From contig JAHLWZ010000826.1 in assembly GCA_020536535.1 (NCBI GenBank), positions 1-64,000 of the forward strand: a stretch of 64,000 nt of DNA, written 5' to 3'. The notes under the pieces were generated by a model that saw only the letters and a program-made list of their open reading frames with translations, was not told the DNA's origin and ran no database searches. Shown piece by piece: positions 1-12,416 of the stretch. Position 1 is the stretch's first letter, and every line of letters begins with the position of its first letter. The DNA is from Pelomyxa schiedti (lineage: Eukaryota > Protista > Evosea). The position numbers and the translations under genes are program-made.

Positions 1-499
1 GGGGAGAACCCCCAGAGTTTGTCTCTGTAATCACGGTAGAATCAGATGAAGATAAGAAATTGCGGCTCAGTTGTTGTATGAGCTCCCAGTGAGAACAGAG
101 TTCAACTTGAATCTTGTACTGGAAAGTTTCAGATTATAAAATGAGGCCAGCTATGTGGACTAATCTGTCAAGCATGGACGTGTGATTGGTTCTCCAAATT
201 ATGTGCTATGAATTGCATTCCGTAAGTACACATAGTATGTTCTTCGAGAAACAAGCATACGAATTTTGAACTGGCACGGAAAAAAATAGCTCGCTCATTC
301 GCCACCAGCGAAAAAAAACAAAGAACGCCAAACAACACCCACAACCGCGATCTTGAAACTCGCCATCGTCATCGTCGTCCTATCGCGGTGACTTGTGTTT
401 CACGGAAGATCGTTTTTAAGAATAACTTTCGCTGGCTCCAAACAAAAATCAACGACAACCAAATTCTTCTCAGTAACGGCGACGTGACACGGCAGGGGA

Positions 500-3400
500 A
501 TGCTGTCAGTGCAGGTTTTGGTTGTCAGTTTGAAACAACCTGTTGCGCACGTGCCCGTTGACGCACCCGCGAGATCTAGATGCGGACTGGTAACGTCACG
601 CCACCAACCCCGGAACAGCGACACCTCTTTGGCTGCATCAGCGGCAACACCGCCCACGACAGAAAAAACGCCGAGATCTACGACTACTACGTCAGGTGCT
701 AATGGCGAGTCTACGAGTGCAGATGCAGTGAACAACGCCCAGGGCGCGCAATTTGTGGTGAGATCGTATTTCGGCGGAAACAGGGAGTCGCCGCCATCAC
801 CGGCAAACAACTACAGGCCGTCTCTTCTTTCGTACTGGGAAGGTATGAGACGAAAATCGTGCAGATACGATTAGCCTTTGAATATAGAAATCACTCAGTA
901 ACACGAAATTAAGGTGTGGGCAGGATGACCTTATTGCCAAATGAAAAACCTGATAAACCACGTGAATCTCTAAAGGCAAATTATTCTGAGTTATTCTGGA
1001 GATAATGATAAAATGTTAGGAAGTGGAAGACATTCTATTTGTTTCTCCTCCAATTTCTCTGAGGTGGCCTGCAAGCGGTTTCCTGCAGGTAGGTGCCTTT
1101 CTCCTCCAGTTAATATTTTTATGACAGTGGCAAGATCTTGACTCAAAACGGAAATTTTATCACTGCAAAGCTATCCGAGGTGTATCACCAAGATATAACA
1201 ACTCTTCATATTCGTAAACTGTTTTCAAAGATCGTTGGAGCACATGCCATTTCATCAGGTTTCCTTTTCCCAAAAAAAGTTTGTAGTCCTTATTACACAA
1301 GGATTCATTTTACAGAACTATGCCACCCTTGCAACAGAAACCACTCTGTTTACAATTGTTGCAAAAAAAACACCTCTCAGTGATGTTAAGTCACAGTCTG
1401 ATGTATCGGTATCTTTGTTTTTTTTTTCCCCCTTTAGAGTATCTTACCAATAACCTTCTCCGTTTTCCTGCATAACTCCAGATTTACGAACTCCCACTTT
1501 CTGGTGCACCAGTATCAATACACGTTGCTCTAAAGACTGGGCTCATCGTTGTAATGCTTGCATACAAGTTCAGCTTTATTATATATGCCTCCTTCTATGA
1601 AGGGAAAGTGAGCTTTGACTATAAAAAACAATATGAATACCATTGCCCCCGCGCAAGTTGCATTGGCTATAGCACTGTTATTGACACCACGTCACTTCGT
1701 ATCATTGAAATTCCTACAGACGTAGACACCAGGCCTCTTGACCCCAGCACCGCATCAGTCTCTACAGGGCTTGTTGCAATCTCCAACTTTGTGATTTCAA
1801 GGGCATCCAATGTAAGACAAACTCTATTATTGATGTGCTTTCTCTTGTTGAGAGTCCTCTATCTGTCGTGTGGTTTTGCAAGGAACACCAAACAAACCCA
1901 CCCTGCAGAACGTATTGCATTTGGTCAAAGAGACTGTGGGAGAGTTCCCATCTCCTGGTTCAGCACTCACTGCTGCACTTGACTACTCAGGTCAATACTG
2001 TGTGGTTGCACACACTGACAGATCGATCACTCTTTTCAACCGCCGAATCAACGCTGTTCACACTGCCAATTCGAATGAAGGTCACCAGGTATAGGCAGCA
2101 CAACAAAACCTAGATAGGGAGCAACACTTATTGGTCTTTGAACAGGAAGACAGGTGTATTGTGAGATGGCACTCAAGCAGTGCCTTTTTTGCTGTATGTT
2201 ATGGAAGTGGCACCGTTTCATTTTTTGATACCGGGCTGTCGCCTCTGTCCATTCAGACGGAGTTTGGAATTTGCACATGCACTCTCAATCTGGTTCCACA
2301 CATAGGGTTTGTCTTTTTAACATGTTTAATTTCCGCCTAGTCACTTCTTTTCAAAGATATTATGCCCCTCTGAGCGTTGCTGAATGGGAACCACGGTCGT
2401 TGAAACCAGCTGATAAACGAGATGACAGTGATTTGTTGGTGATTTTGTATAATAGGTAATTTATCTCCATGATTTCATTCCTTAACTTTCCCAAGAGGTC
2501 CCATAATCTTACTTCGACTCGAGTTGGGGGTTGGAGCTGTTATAACTCAGCAAAGTGTGCTCTCTTACTACATTTCAAGTAGGGAATTTGCCAAGGTTTC
2601 TCTTTTCTATTTTTTCCAGGATTGTAACACAAAGTTTTTCCAGGCGGTGCAAGTTGTACGAGCTATGGCAAGCGAAGAGGAATACTGGAATGGTGTAGGT
2701 TCACGTATGTTTCTATTCCTTTTGTAATCATCTTCTTCTTATATTGGGTCCAGTGGTGAAGTACATTACCCGCCATTATTCATACAGTGAAGGATTGGGT
2801 ATTACTTTGAATTCTTGTTGCTTTCTTTTCTGATAAGTGGGAAGAGGAACTGCACCGTTTACTGTGTGAGAGTGCGATCCCAAAAACAGATGTTTTGCCT
2901 GCCCCACCCGCACTTGCAACATGCCGATCTACAATCACCATTTTCGTTCATCTTCTGTTAAGGTATCAGCCTTTTATTGAGAAGTCGCCCTAATCTGTTG
3001 TTTCAAGGCTCGGACACTACCAATTCGCGTTCCAACTTGCCGCCAAAGCACCGCACGCCGACAGTGTGTGGAGGGATATCGTTGCCTGGTGTGACCAAGT
3101 TTCTGAGCCTGATGTTGCTGGTGCCGCAAGATTATGTGGCGGTCAGCCGGAGCGCTTTATCACATCCAATGGGAATTCAGGAAATGCAACTTCGCGCACG
3201 CAGAGAGGAAACAACAGTTCGAGAGTGGCAACACCACGCTCCTCAACAACAGCGGAGTTGCGGAACTCGAGTACACCATCTGACGCGAGTAAGTCTTCCC
3301 TCACATAAATCCTGGATTAAATAAAACAAAGAAGCCAAGGACGATGCTGAAATCACGGCACTTATTGAGGCAGAGCACAGAGGTGTTGCTCTCACACAGG

Positions 3401-3570
3401 ACCAAGCTTCACGTTTAGGTAAGCAACTTGGCTTTCCTTCCCCTGGTTAACATTACCAAGGAATATACCACGAAAGTGAAGGGCAACATTCACAAGCACA
3501 TGCATTGTACCTAAAGTACGAATTGGACAGAGAGGCTAAACGGCTTCAGTCTGTTCTCCAAACTCATTGA
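500..3570 (+). CDS. WDPCP: WDPCP/Fritz-like protein (CPLANE ciliogenesis component), multi-exon; 5' end uncertain
   Basis: Exon peptides match WDPCP as I recall it, in collinear order: TLLPNEKPDKPRESLK (~925-975), VRWHSSSAFFAVCYGSGTVSFFDTGLSPLSIQ (2160-2255), DLLVILYNR|GPIILLRLELG, FVHLLLR|LGHYQFAFQLAAK...VWRDIVAW. Stop TGA at 3568-3570. Confidence 0.75.
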
Positions 3571-3782
3571 GTGTAAATAATTTGGAATAAACACAAAAAA
3601 AAGCAACCCTATGGTCAGTAGAGCTGTGAGCCGATTTCCTTTTTTTTTTGCCATCCACGCGACGCACCCCTAATCCAAAATGGAACAATTTTTCCTTAAT
3701 TGAGTCTATAACGCACCTAAGGATAGTGTCTGATTGCCTTTGTATCAGTGACAAAACCATCAATGAATAGAACTTGTTGGTG

Positions 3783-3876
3783 GTGCCCTGATGATGGTGA
3801 TGGGGATGATGACTGAACATTGGCGTTGTGGAGCCAACAGAGGAGAACAGTCCTGAGGATGCGTACCTTGAACCAC
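3783..3876 (-). pseudogene. Isolated ~95-bp fragment of the 3' end of the orphan family at 32650-35430 / 37067-40058
   Basis: Close nucleotide match to 32723-32815 and 37163-37257. Translates WFKVRILRTVLLCWLHNANVQSSSPSPSSGH; flanks are unrelated. Confidence 0.8.
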
Positions 3877-4183
3877 TCCTGATCTCTGTTTCGTGGCTAT
3901 ACATACCGTGAGTATTACAATACCCAAGCTGTTTGAGCGTCCAATGACTGAGTTCTGTACCATCCGGAACATTCAAATTCGTTGGACTTGAATGCGTATC
4001 TCCTTGCAACAACGAGATTCCAAGCAAATACCTCTTTTCGGAGCTTGAGCATCCAGCTGAAAGGTGATTCAGTGCAGATCTTTTCTGTTCGCATAACAGG
4101 CACCTAAAATAAATGTCCAGCACAACAGGGTTTTGAGGGAGAAAAAACCAGCAAGCAACACTGGGGCTTGTAACCCACGCAAA

Positions 4184-6622
4184 ATGTCAACAAGCCACAC
4201 ATCAGTGCCATCGGCAGCCCCAACTTTTGAGGTCGCTCTCACGGTCGTGGAGGCAAGAAATCTGATTGCTGCCGACTCAAACGGGTCTTCCGGTGCGTCT
4301 TGGTTTTTTTTTTTTTACTTTTTAGACTTTCTTATTGTATTTTTTAGACCCCTATGTTGAGCTGGTGTATGGCAAGAACAAGAGGTTGCGAACAAAGGTT
4401 GTTGAAAAGAACTTAAACCCTACAGTATGTATACATACCACACTTTTCTTTTTTTATCCATTAACCTGTCTAGTGGAACGAAAAATTGAGCTTTTCCTTG
4501 ACAGAAAATGAACCAATTCATCTTTTGTGTTGGGTACTTCCGCTTATGCCCCCTATGTATCAATGAACCATGAAATTGTAGGACAAAGACTTTATTGGAA
4601 GTGATAAGCTTGGTGACTTTGATCTTAATGTGTTTGTCTACCCCCCTTGTATCGATAATGATGTGTGGGTTGACCTTAAGGTCATTACTTATTTTTACCG
4701 TGATTCTTTCTCACAACAGACAGGGAGTGGCATCTGGGAAAGTGCATCTTCTTGTGCATTGGACACTCCCAGAAGGTTATATGGATGCCAAAGCCAAGCT
4801 GCTTTATTCTGCCATGAAAACGAACAATGTCTCCACAGTAAAGTCGCTTCTTCAAGAAGGAGTGTCGAAGTGGGAGCTCATGAAGAACTGGAGGGCGGGA
4901 AGTTTCATACCACCACTGGCGTATGCCTGCTTCACAGCCTGCAGTGTAGATATTGTCAAAATACTGATTGAAGCAGGCGCCGATATCTCTGGGGACCCAT
5001 CTCCTCTGTGGATGCTGTTTGATAGAGAAGATCACGAGTTCACAACTAGGGAGCAGTGGGAAAGAGATAATCAACTAACTGAATCGCGTAAACAAAACGA
5101 TGCTCTCGTAGCTGAACTACTGCTGAAGCATGGAGCTTTGCCGAACCAAGTGATGACCCGTTCTGCATCTCATAACTCAAATCTGATCTCCCGAGTTGGA
5201 ACTTCAACTCCTCTTATCGCCGCTATCTTCAGATCCAATCCCATGGCAGTGAAGGCTTTACTAGACGCAGGTGGTGATACAACCATCAAGAGCCAGTCTG
5301 GTGAAACAGCGTGGGGTTATGCCTTGGAGGCAGGTCCTGCCCTCTTCAAGGTTCTGGTTGATCACGTAGTATCAAGCAAGGCCATTGACTTGAACTCTGA
5401 TATGTTGACTTCAAAGAAAATGAGGCTATTGTCACAAGCAATTAGCACGAAAAAAGGTGCTTGCGCAATAGCTCTCTTTGAAGCTGGTGCTGATATGACG
5501 TACACAACATCAGTTACAATAAATCAATGCGAGTACCTGTTAACTCCTCTGCTGGAAGCGTGCCTGAATTGCGTTTCTGATTTTGTTCTCAGTGTTGTCA
5601 TGTCAGGTAAAATGGACCTCTCTCTGAGCGCCACAACAACAGGGCACCCAAGGTGTGGCCCAAAGGCGCCAGTTCTGGATGTATTTACTGCCTCTTGCCT
5701 TGGGCAGTGCACAGCTGTTATTCAAAAGCTGCTTGATGATGGTGCCGACCCTGTGAGGGGATTCCGTGCTCTATGTTTTGGCCAAGATGCAGAAATAAAG
5801 ACCGAAACCATTGATGTTCTCCTTCCGGGTGCAAGGGTTGCATCCCTTGTAAACACTCCAGACGCAACAGGGCATACTGCACTTTACTGGGCTGCAGGCG
5901 TCACTTACACATCCTTTCCAACTGAGAGGCTTTTAGCAGCTGGTGCTGATCCAACCATTCTCCAAGGGAAACAGAAGAAAAAAGTTATTTACCCAGCACT
6001 CAGATATGGACACCCTGACACAGCCAAGCTCCTCCTCAAGGGACTTGACATGACAACGCCGCTCATATTAGCACCAACAGGAAAGCACCTGGAACACAAT
6101 GCTTATATGAGTGCAGCTATATGCACAACAAATGGCATTAGAGACAAAGTTGAAGCCTTACTTGCAGCTGGGGCTGATGTGAACGAAGTCGGTCCAAATG
6201 GTCAAACTCTATTTGTAACTGCTGTTAACCAATGTACCTGGGATGAAGTCTGCAAATTCCTTATCAAAAAGGGTGGGGCTGTTGATTTGGACGCACTTAT
6301 TACCAGGAGGAGCAATTCTTACTTTGAGTATGAAGTGGTTGAAGTGATTGAGAAAATGGCCCAATTTCCTCCAACCTACAAAGAAGCTGCAGGCGCAGTG
6401 CTGGCCAAAGCACTGTTCACAAAACCATTGAATCATCGCACACTTGATATACTTCTGGAGAAGGGTGCCTCACCTGATGTGCCATACAGCAAGGATGGCA
6501 CAACAATACCGTCATTCAGGGATCAGATTGCGGCAGGAGCCAAAGTTTCTGAATCGTTTGCACAGAAGCTTCTTGGACGTGGTCTTATGACAAAGGAACA
6601 AGTGGACAGAATTTGTGGTTAA
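4184..6622 (+). CDS. C2 domain + ankyrin-repeat protein
   Basis: Spliced C2 motifs VVEARNLIAADSNGSS|DPYV...RTKVVEKNLNP..WNE...WDKDFIGSDKLG, followed by a long exon with ankyrin repeats (TPLIAAI, GETAWGYA, GHTALYWAA, GADVNEVGPNGQTLFVTAV). Confidence 0.9.
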
Positions 6623-6675
6623 GAAAATGGATAGTCCACACCTGTTTTTCTTTTTCGTTGAAAGCGGCGTAGTGC

Positions 6676-6825
6676 TTGTCGACTGTATCCACTTCAACAT
6701 CGACGAAAGAGGACGCGGGGTCCCAACGCTGTGGGCTGGAGCGGCGGTTCCGTAGAAAGCGGCGGCGTCGTCGTTGCGGTCCACATCGCCACCGACGAGG
6801 TTTCTTGTTCTTCGTGCTTCGGTGT
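6676..6825 (-). repeat. Degenerate ~150-bp copy of an internal segment (~7848-8010) of the adjacent gene
   Basis: Shared sequence such as gtcgactgtatccacttcaacatcgacg and ggggtcccaacgctgtgggc, with small deletions. Both copies translate to TEARRTRN..VGGDVDRNDD...APAHSVGTP...SMLKWIQST. Confidence 0.85.
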
Positions 6826-6845
6826 GTGTAAAAAAAAACGTCAGC

Positions 6846-8171
6846 TTACATTTTCTCTCTGAATTTGAAGTGGGAGGAATCGAAGGGCACAATGAAGTCA
6901 CCAACATGGAACCCTGTGGAGCAATCATGCACTGAAAACTTGATTTCAGTGGCACGGCGGTCTTTCTTTGCATGGTGAGTTGTTGATGCAATCAACTGTG
7001 ACTGAACACCGACGGAAGGGGCTGCCCATGTGCAAGGAACACAATGTGATGGTTCTGATGTGATGCTTCCAGTGTGGTACACTGCAAACTGGTCAGGAGC
7101 CCTCACGAAGAGGTGGCTGGTACCAACTGGAAACACATTAGTAGACTGTGGAAACTGCACGAGCTGCTTTCCAGTTGCATTATCCACGAAATATTTCGCA
7201 GAGGAGTCGGAGTGCAATGTGCACACAGAGCCATCAGGTCTCCAGATGATGCGGTCTGTATGTCTCTCACCCAAAGGTACCTTTCTTGTCACAACCAGTT
7301 TCCCTTCATTTACACTGGCTTGCAAGTCACAAAACGTCACACAATTTTCTTCAGCCTCACACGAGGCAAACACCAGCAAAACGTCATCACTGAGTGGTGA
7401 GAATTGAGTGGCCCTAGCATGAACGCCGTCAAAGTGCCGCTCACATCTCGCCGCATCACCCCCAAGTTCAGCGACCTTCCACACGTAAAGGGCCGCCCCG
7501 TTTGGGAGGTAACCCGCGATCCACTTGCTGCTGCAACAAATCATGCGGCACCGGGTCTCTGGCACCCACGCGACCTCCTTCGGAGCTTCCCCGTCGCCGC
7601 CGACAACTTCATAGACGCCGTGGTCAGTGACAGAGATCGCGGCGGCGTAGTGCGTCCTGACCAGGACCCTGTTGCTTCCCACGCAGCCCTCGATGACGCC
7701 GGCGCCGCGGTACCACGAGTGCCTCACGACGCCCAGGGTCGGCGACACGCTCACGAACAGGAAGTGCTCGGCGATCGGGAGGTTGAACGCGGCCTCTTCT
7801 GAGGGCCTGAGGACCCAGTCCTCGGCCCACTCCCTGAACGCGCAGGTTGTCGACTGTATCCACTTCAACATCGACGGAGGAGGAGGCGGCGGGGTCCCAA
7901 CGCTGTGGGCGGGAGCGGCGACAGTTCCGTCGGCAGCGGCGTCGTCGTCGTCGTTGCGGTCCACGTCGCCACCGACGATGGCGTTGTTTCTTGTTCTTCG
8001 CGCTTCAGTGATTGGTGCGCAGATAATGGCCATCACCTGGGATTTGGCTGTGGTTGCTGTTGTTGTTGCTGCTCCTGTTTTGGTTGTTGCTCTTGTTGTG
8101 GTTGTTGTTGCTGAGGTTTTCGCTTGTGGGACTCCTTCTTGTGGTCGCTGTGACGATTGGTTGCTTCCCAT
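6846..8171 (-). CDS. Intronless orphan-family protein (441 aa), probable N-myristoylation, beta-rich C-terminal part
   Basis: Long ORF starting MGSNQS (MGxxxS motif), T/A-rich linker, GC-rich coding-like body. No family recognised. Confidence 0.7.
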   Translation of the reverse strand: MGSNQSSQRPQEGVPQAKTSATTTTTRATTKTGAATTTATTAKSQVMAIICAPITEARRTRNNAIVGGDVDRNDDDDAAADGTVAAPAHSVGTPPPPPPSMLKWIQSTTCAFREWAEDWVLRPSEEAAFNLPIAEHFLFVSVSPTLGVVRHSWYRGAGVIEGCVGSNRVLVRTHYAAAISVTDHGVYEVVGGDGEAPKEVAWVPETRCRMICCSSKWIAGYLPNGAALYVWKVAELGGDAARCERHFDGVHARATQFSPLSDDVLLVFASCEAEENCVTFCDLQASVNEGKLVVTRKVPLGERHTDRIIWRPDGSVCTLHSDSSAKYFVDNATGKQLVQFPQSTNVFPVGTSHLFVRAPDQFAVYHTGSITSEPSHCVPCTWAAPSVGVQSQLIASTTHHAKKDRRATEIKFSVHDCSTGFHVGDFIVPFDSSHFKFREKM

Positions 8172-8674
8172 GGTTGGTTGGTTCGAATTTTTGCGTGGGT
8201 TTGGTTGATGTACTGCTTAGTGAGCCTCGATGCATCGCTGACATCACTGATATCAGAACCATTCCCCTAAGAGATGAATACAACGAAAAAGAGAATAAAT
8301 AAATTATTTTTTTGGTGTGCATACTGAGCAGCACCTGTTGTCACTCACAAAGCTGTACACAACAGGGCCAGCAGCACAATCACAAACAAGAAGAGCTTCT
8401 TGGGAGCTGAAACATGGAAGTGTCAATTTTGTTTTTTCGAAAATCAACATCAGTGACTACAAGCAGAAGAATTCTGTTGCAGCTAGAGCAGCTGACTAAC
8501 AGAAAGCCACCACACTTCAGGCACACCACCACCCCCAACTCTCCAAGTGTGGAAAGAGGAGGTGGATGTCAACACTCTGGGTGTTGACACGAAAAAATGC
8601 ATCTTTGTTCTCTTTTGGTGCAGTTTCCCACCCCAGGAGACAATTGAAAATGATTTTTTAGCTTTGCTCAGGCA

Positions 8675-10370
8675 CTAGGGCAGTGACTTGACCGAAAGTG
8701 AACCTTGGCCAGTGATGGAACCCACAAGAGTAATTCCTGAGTCCTCTGCAACGACACTCTGTACATCCAAATTGTGGAGAACAAAATTGTAGTCCACCCA
8801 GCTGTAAGACTTGTGCTTGTCTGTGAGGTGGTGCCTAAGTTTCTCAAGGTGAGGGCCAAGGTTCCAATTGAGTTTGCTGGAAATAAGTTCCTTGAGACTG
8901 TCATGGAGCAGCCAATCAGAAGCACCAACAAACATCTTTTCAATGTACTGCTTGGTTTCAGGGTGGAAGTCAACATCAGTAACAGAGAGTGTACTGCTGG
9001 CTGAGTTCCATTGTAGTTTGCCCCAGAGATAAACTGTGCCAGTGGCATTGCCAAATTGGCTGAGGGCATCAACCTCTACTGCAGCAACAAGCATTATCCC
9101 TGAAGTGTAAAGATTCAACGAGTTGACTCTCATTCTTGCTCCAATAATTGAAGCGGGTCTGATGATAGTTGGTAGCAGTCTTGATGCTTCCGGTTGAAAT
9201 ACAGTATAGGGAAGATGGAATTTCAGTGCTGCGTCAACTCCGCGGTCGGAGATCACAGTGGAGAAGCTTGGGCACTCCGTTCCAGGGGAGCTAGAGGCTG
9301 GGTTATAACCAAGCGCCATTACCGGTTGGCAGGAAAGACCAATGGACACATGCATCCAGACTCCAGAGAATGTGAGTGGTGACACCGACAATGTGTTCGG
9401 ATTTACTTGTAGCCATAAATCCTCAACTTTAGAGTGTGGCAGCTCAACATTGCGTATTTGAATAGCACTGTGGAAATGTTCCCACATCCAGTTTAACTTC
9501 TCATGTATTGGCACTTGGTATAATCTTTCGGCCATCCAAGCTTCAATCTAACATTGCAATTGAGGAAAAAGGGAGGATTGAAAAAGAAACTCACTTGTGG
9601 TATCATGGGGTCGATCAAACCCTCCAAGAATCCTCCACCAGATAATCCAAATATTGCTTTCGCTCTAGCAACTGACACCTGGACTTTGGGATTGCTAATA
9701 AGATGCCAGTCATTTGCGAGGCTGACTGCAGCAGTGCAAGATAAGGTTCCTGTAAAATGACAGGTTTTCCCCCAGATTCTTGTTATGCTCTCTACGAGTG
9801 TCACTGACCCAGCGCAAGAAAGTTCTAGTTTTACAGTGCCTGGGGTGGGAGAGGAAACGCCACTCACAGTGCACATGGCATCCCCATTGTCAAAGCTGAT
9901 AAAGGTCCGCTTGCCACTGAAGTTGATGGTCAAAGTGGTGCCGTCAGGAGACCCATCACTTTGCAGCAAATAGTGAAGGCTCCCACCATCCAAATTGACC
10001 CATTGGTCCAGAAGACGGGGTACAGCCAGTGAGAAGATATTGAGGTCTGTTTTAACTGGAATTGTAGAGTCTCTGCCTTGAACAGGCACACTTGTTGAAA
10101 ATCCAGCTGGGGCTGGTATTTCCAGCCTGAGGTTTATAATTTAGTGATGATGAAAACGAAGGGACGAAAAGCAAAAGAAACGCACTCGGTCAATCCCTGC
10201 CAGTCAGTTGAGGACCAATGGACGGCAACAACTACGGCTACAACTACGAACACGGAGAGAGCCACAACTGATACAACAACTTTTTTGGTGCCATACCTGC
10301 GACAGGCCCGGGTGTGGCACCCAGGTCGCACAGATTCGTTGAAGCGAGCAATCCGTGCTGTCTCGTCCAT
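8675..10370 (-). CDS. DUF4403-like protein with N-terminal transmembrane anchor (copy 1), 3 exons
   Basis: Hydrophobic stretch VVVSVVALSVFVVVAVVVAVHW. Motifs LWLQVNPNTLSVSPL, GTVYLWG, LSVTDVDFHPET, ASDWLLH, LGPHLEK resemble bacterial DUF4403. Paralogs at 40121 and 55291. Confidence 0.65.
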
Positions 10371-10409
10371 TTTTCGGTTTTTGATTGTGGCAAAGCAAAA
10401 CCCAAAACG

Positions 10410-11065
10410 CTACCGGAAAACCAACCCCCCAACTTGGGCACAAAAATTGTACAGTCTATGGGTCAGCAACTGGGCAGTGAAATCTGTTGGTTCCGGTGGC
10501 GATGTCAATGGAGATGTTGTGGTGCCGTGTTCAATGTCGACGACAAATTTGGCACTGGCGAGTGCACTGCAGACGTGGAACCTCTCAGACCGTTGAAGGT
10601 GTTCCCGGCGCGAGTCCCGCTTCAATTTGGATCCTGGTGGGCGTGGTGTGAGCCAGAGAACCGGAACCGGATGGCAGATGTGAATGGGGAGGGAAGTACA
10701 GGGATTGGTTGCGGCAGCATGCTGATTTGAGGGCAACAAAGGACGGCGGTGCAACAACGTTGTGCACAAGAATTCCTTGTGGTGACTGTGAGAACTTGTA
10801 TGACTGAAGAACTGCCTGCTTCTGACTTCGCAGTGCGGAACTTCACCTTTATTTCGAGTTTGCTCTCCATCAAGTATTTCAGAAGTCCTGTGTTGAGAAC
10901 ACGGGGTCCCCCAACAACAACAACTCTTTTGTTGTGGGCTTGCAAGAGAGATAGGAAGGCTCCAATCGCACCCCATTCAAGCCGCAACAATTCAGGGTGA
11001 TGGCGTTTGAGTGGAAGATCACCAAAGCCCACTTTGTGCACTCTTTCATGGAGAAGCTCTCTCAC
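10410..11065 (-). pseudogene. Internally deleted derivative of the Roco-like gene at 17324-20400
   Basis: RVVVVGGPRVLNTGLLKYLMES (matches 17460-17530) is joined within ~60 bp to DNA matching 19890-20220 (caaggaattcttgt.cacaacgttgttgcac; caggatccaaattgaa; gtgcactcgccagtg). Confidence 0.75.
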
Positions 11066-12416
11066 AGCGCTCTAATTTCCAACTTTCTCCCATGCCCGCA
11101 TTGCCTCTTCTTCACTCCCTGAAAAGTGTTAGCTTCTGTGGGCTGAGACCGCATCGATATCGCGGATGTATGTGCGGTGTTGGTGCATTTTTTTTTTTTT
11201 TTGAAGTTAATATGAGTGTAGCCGCAATAATTCCGTCATTGCTTAATAATGTCCATTGTGCTTGCTTTCGTTTCACCAGTTGTATATGCCTTGACTCCAT
11301 TGTATTTTGATTTCTTTCCTTGAGCATAGAGCTTCTTTCCTTTCATAATTTCTCATTGTCTCTCTTGCTTTGCCAACAAAGAAATTTACATAGTCTCTGG
11401 GATGTATGCCTTCTGTCTATGTGGCTCAGTGTCCCAGGAATTACTATTTTCTCTTAGCGCTGAATGGTTGGCAATGAGTGTGCTTTCCTTTGTGGGGTAT
11501 GTTCCAATTTGGTGCTCCTGTCTACTCACTGGTATTATTATTGCTGGTGACTCTCCTGATAGTCCCAATTTCGTTGACAATGGACTTGGTTTCCTCAAAT
11601 GACTCCTGTTGATTCAGAGATTTACCTTTGCCTTGATTTTTGTGGCGCTTGTCATTAACCTGTAAGCCCAAACTCCTTGATCGATCTTCCTTAATGTGTT
11701 GTAGGTGTGGGTAAATAGCTATCAGCCATGCTGAGCATGATTGCCATTGCGTTGCTCAAAGGCAAGTCCACCTCCCAGATTTCCAAAGTAATCATTCACG
11801 AAATAGATGTACTACCTGCATGTTGGTTTCATCCCAGTTGTTGGGATACAGCTGCAGAGTTCCAGGTATATCCCACGAATTTCTATTGAGAAGCTGACTC
11901 CTTTATATTGATTCGTGCCTTTGCTTGGCAGGGATCTCAATTTGGACTTGGTGGTGTATGAGGTAAGGTTTCCTTTGAATCGGCTTGTTGATTGGTGTCT
12001 AGACACTATGCCACTTTGCAAACTTGCAATGCGTTGGTCATCAGATTGTTGCATGATGCTGATGCTCGCCTCTGCTGTGTCCATTGGGCTTCAATCCAGC
12101 ATTGCGTTTCCCAACTCATCTCCCAGTTGTGCAGCAACCCTGCTGGGTTCAACCTTGCTAGCCGGTTGTTCTGTGCCCTTTCTGGTACTTGTCATGATTA
12201 CTGTTAGCTTCTGTGGGCTCGAGAATAAGTCCCACAGAGGAAGAAAACGAGTGAGAGTGAAGAGAATAAAGAGGGTTCTCTTGTTTGTTTGGTCGTTGTT
12301 GTTGTAAGGGGGTAAAAAGGGAGTGTGTAAAATCTCGCAGAGCGGTTGTGCGATTGGGTTAAAAGGCTGCGATGTTCAAATGGATTCTCGGACAAGTGTG
12401 CATGTGATCAAAACCG

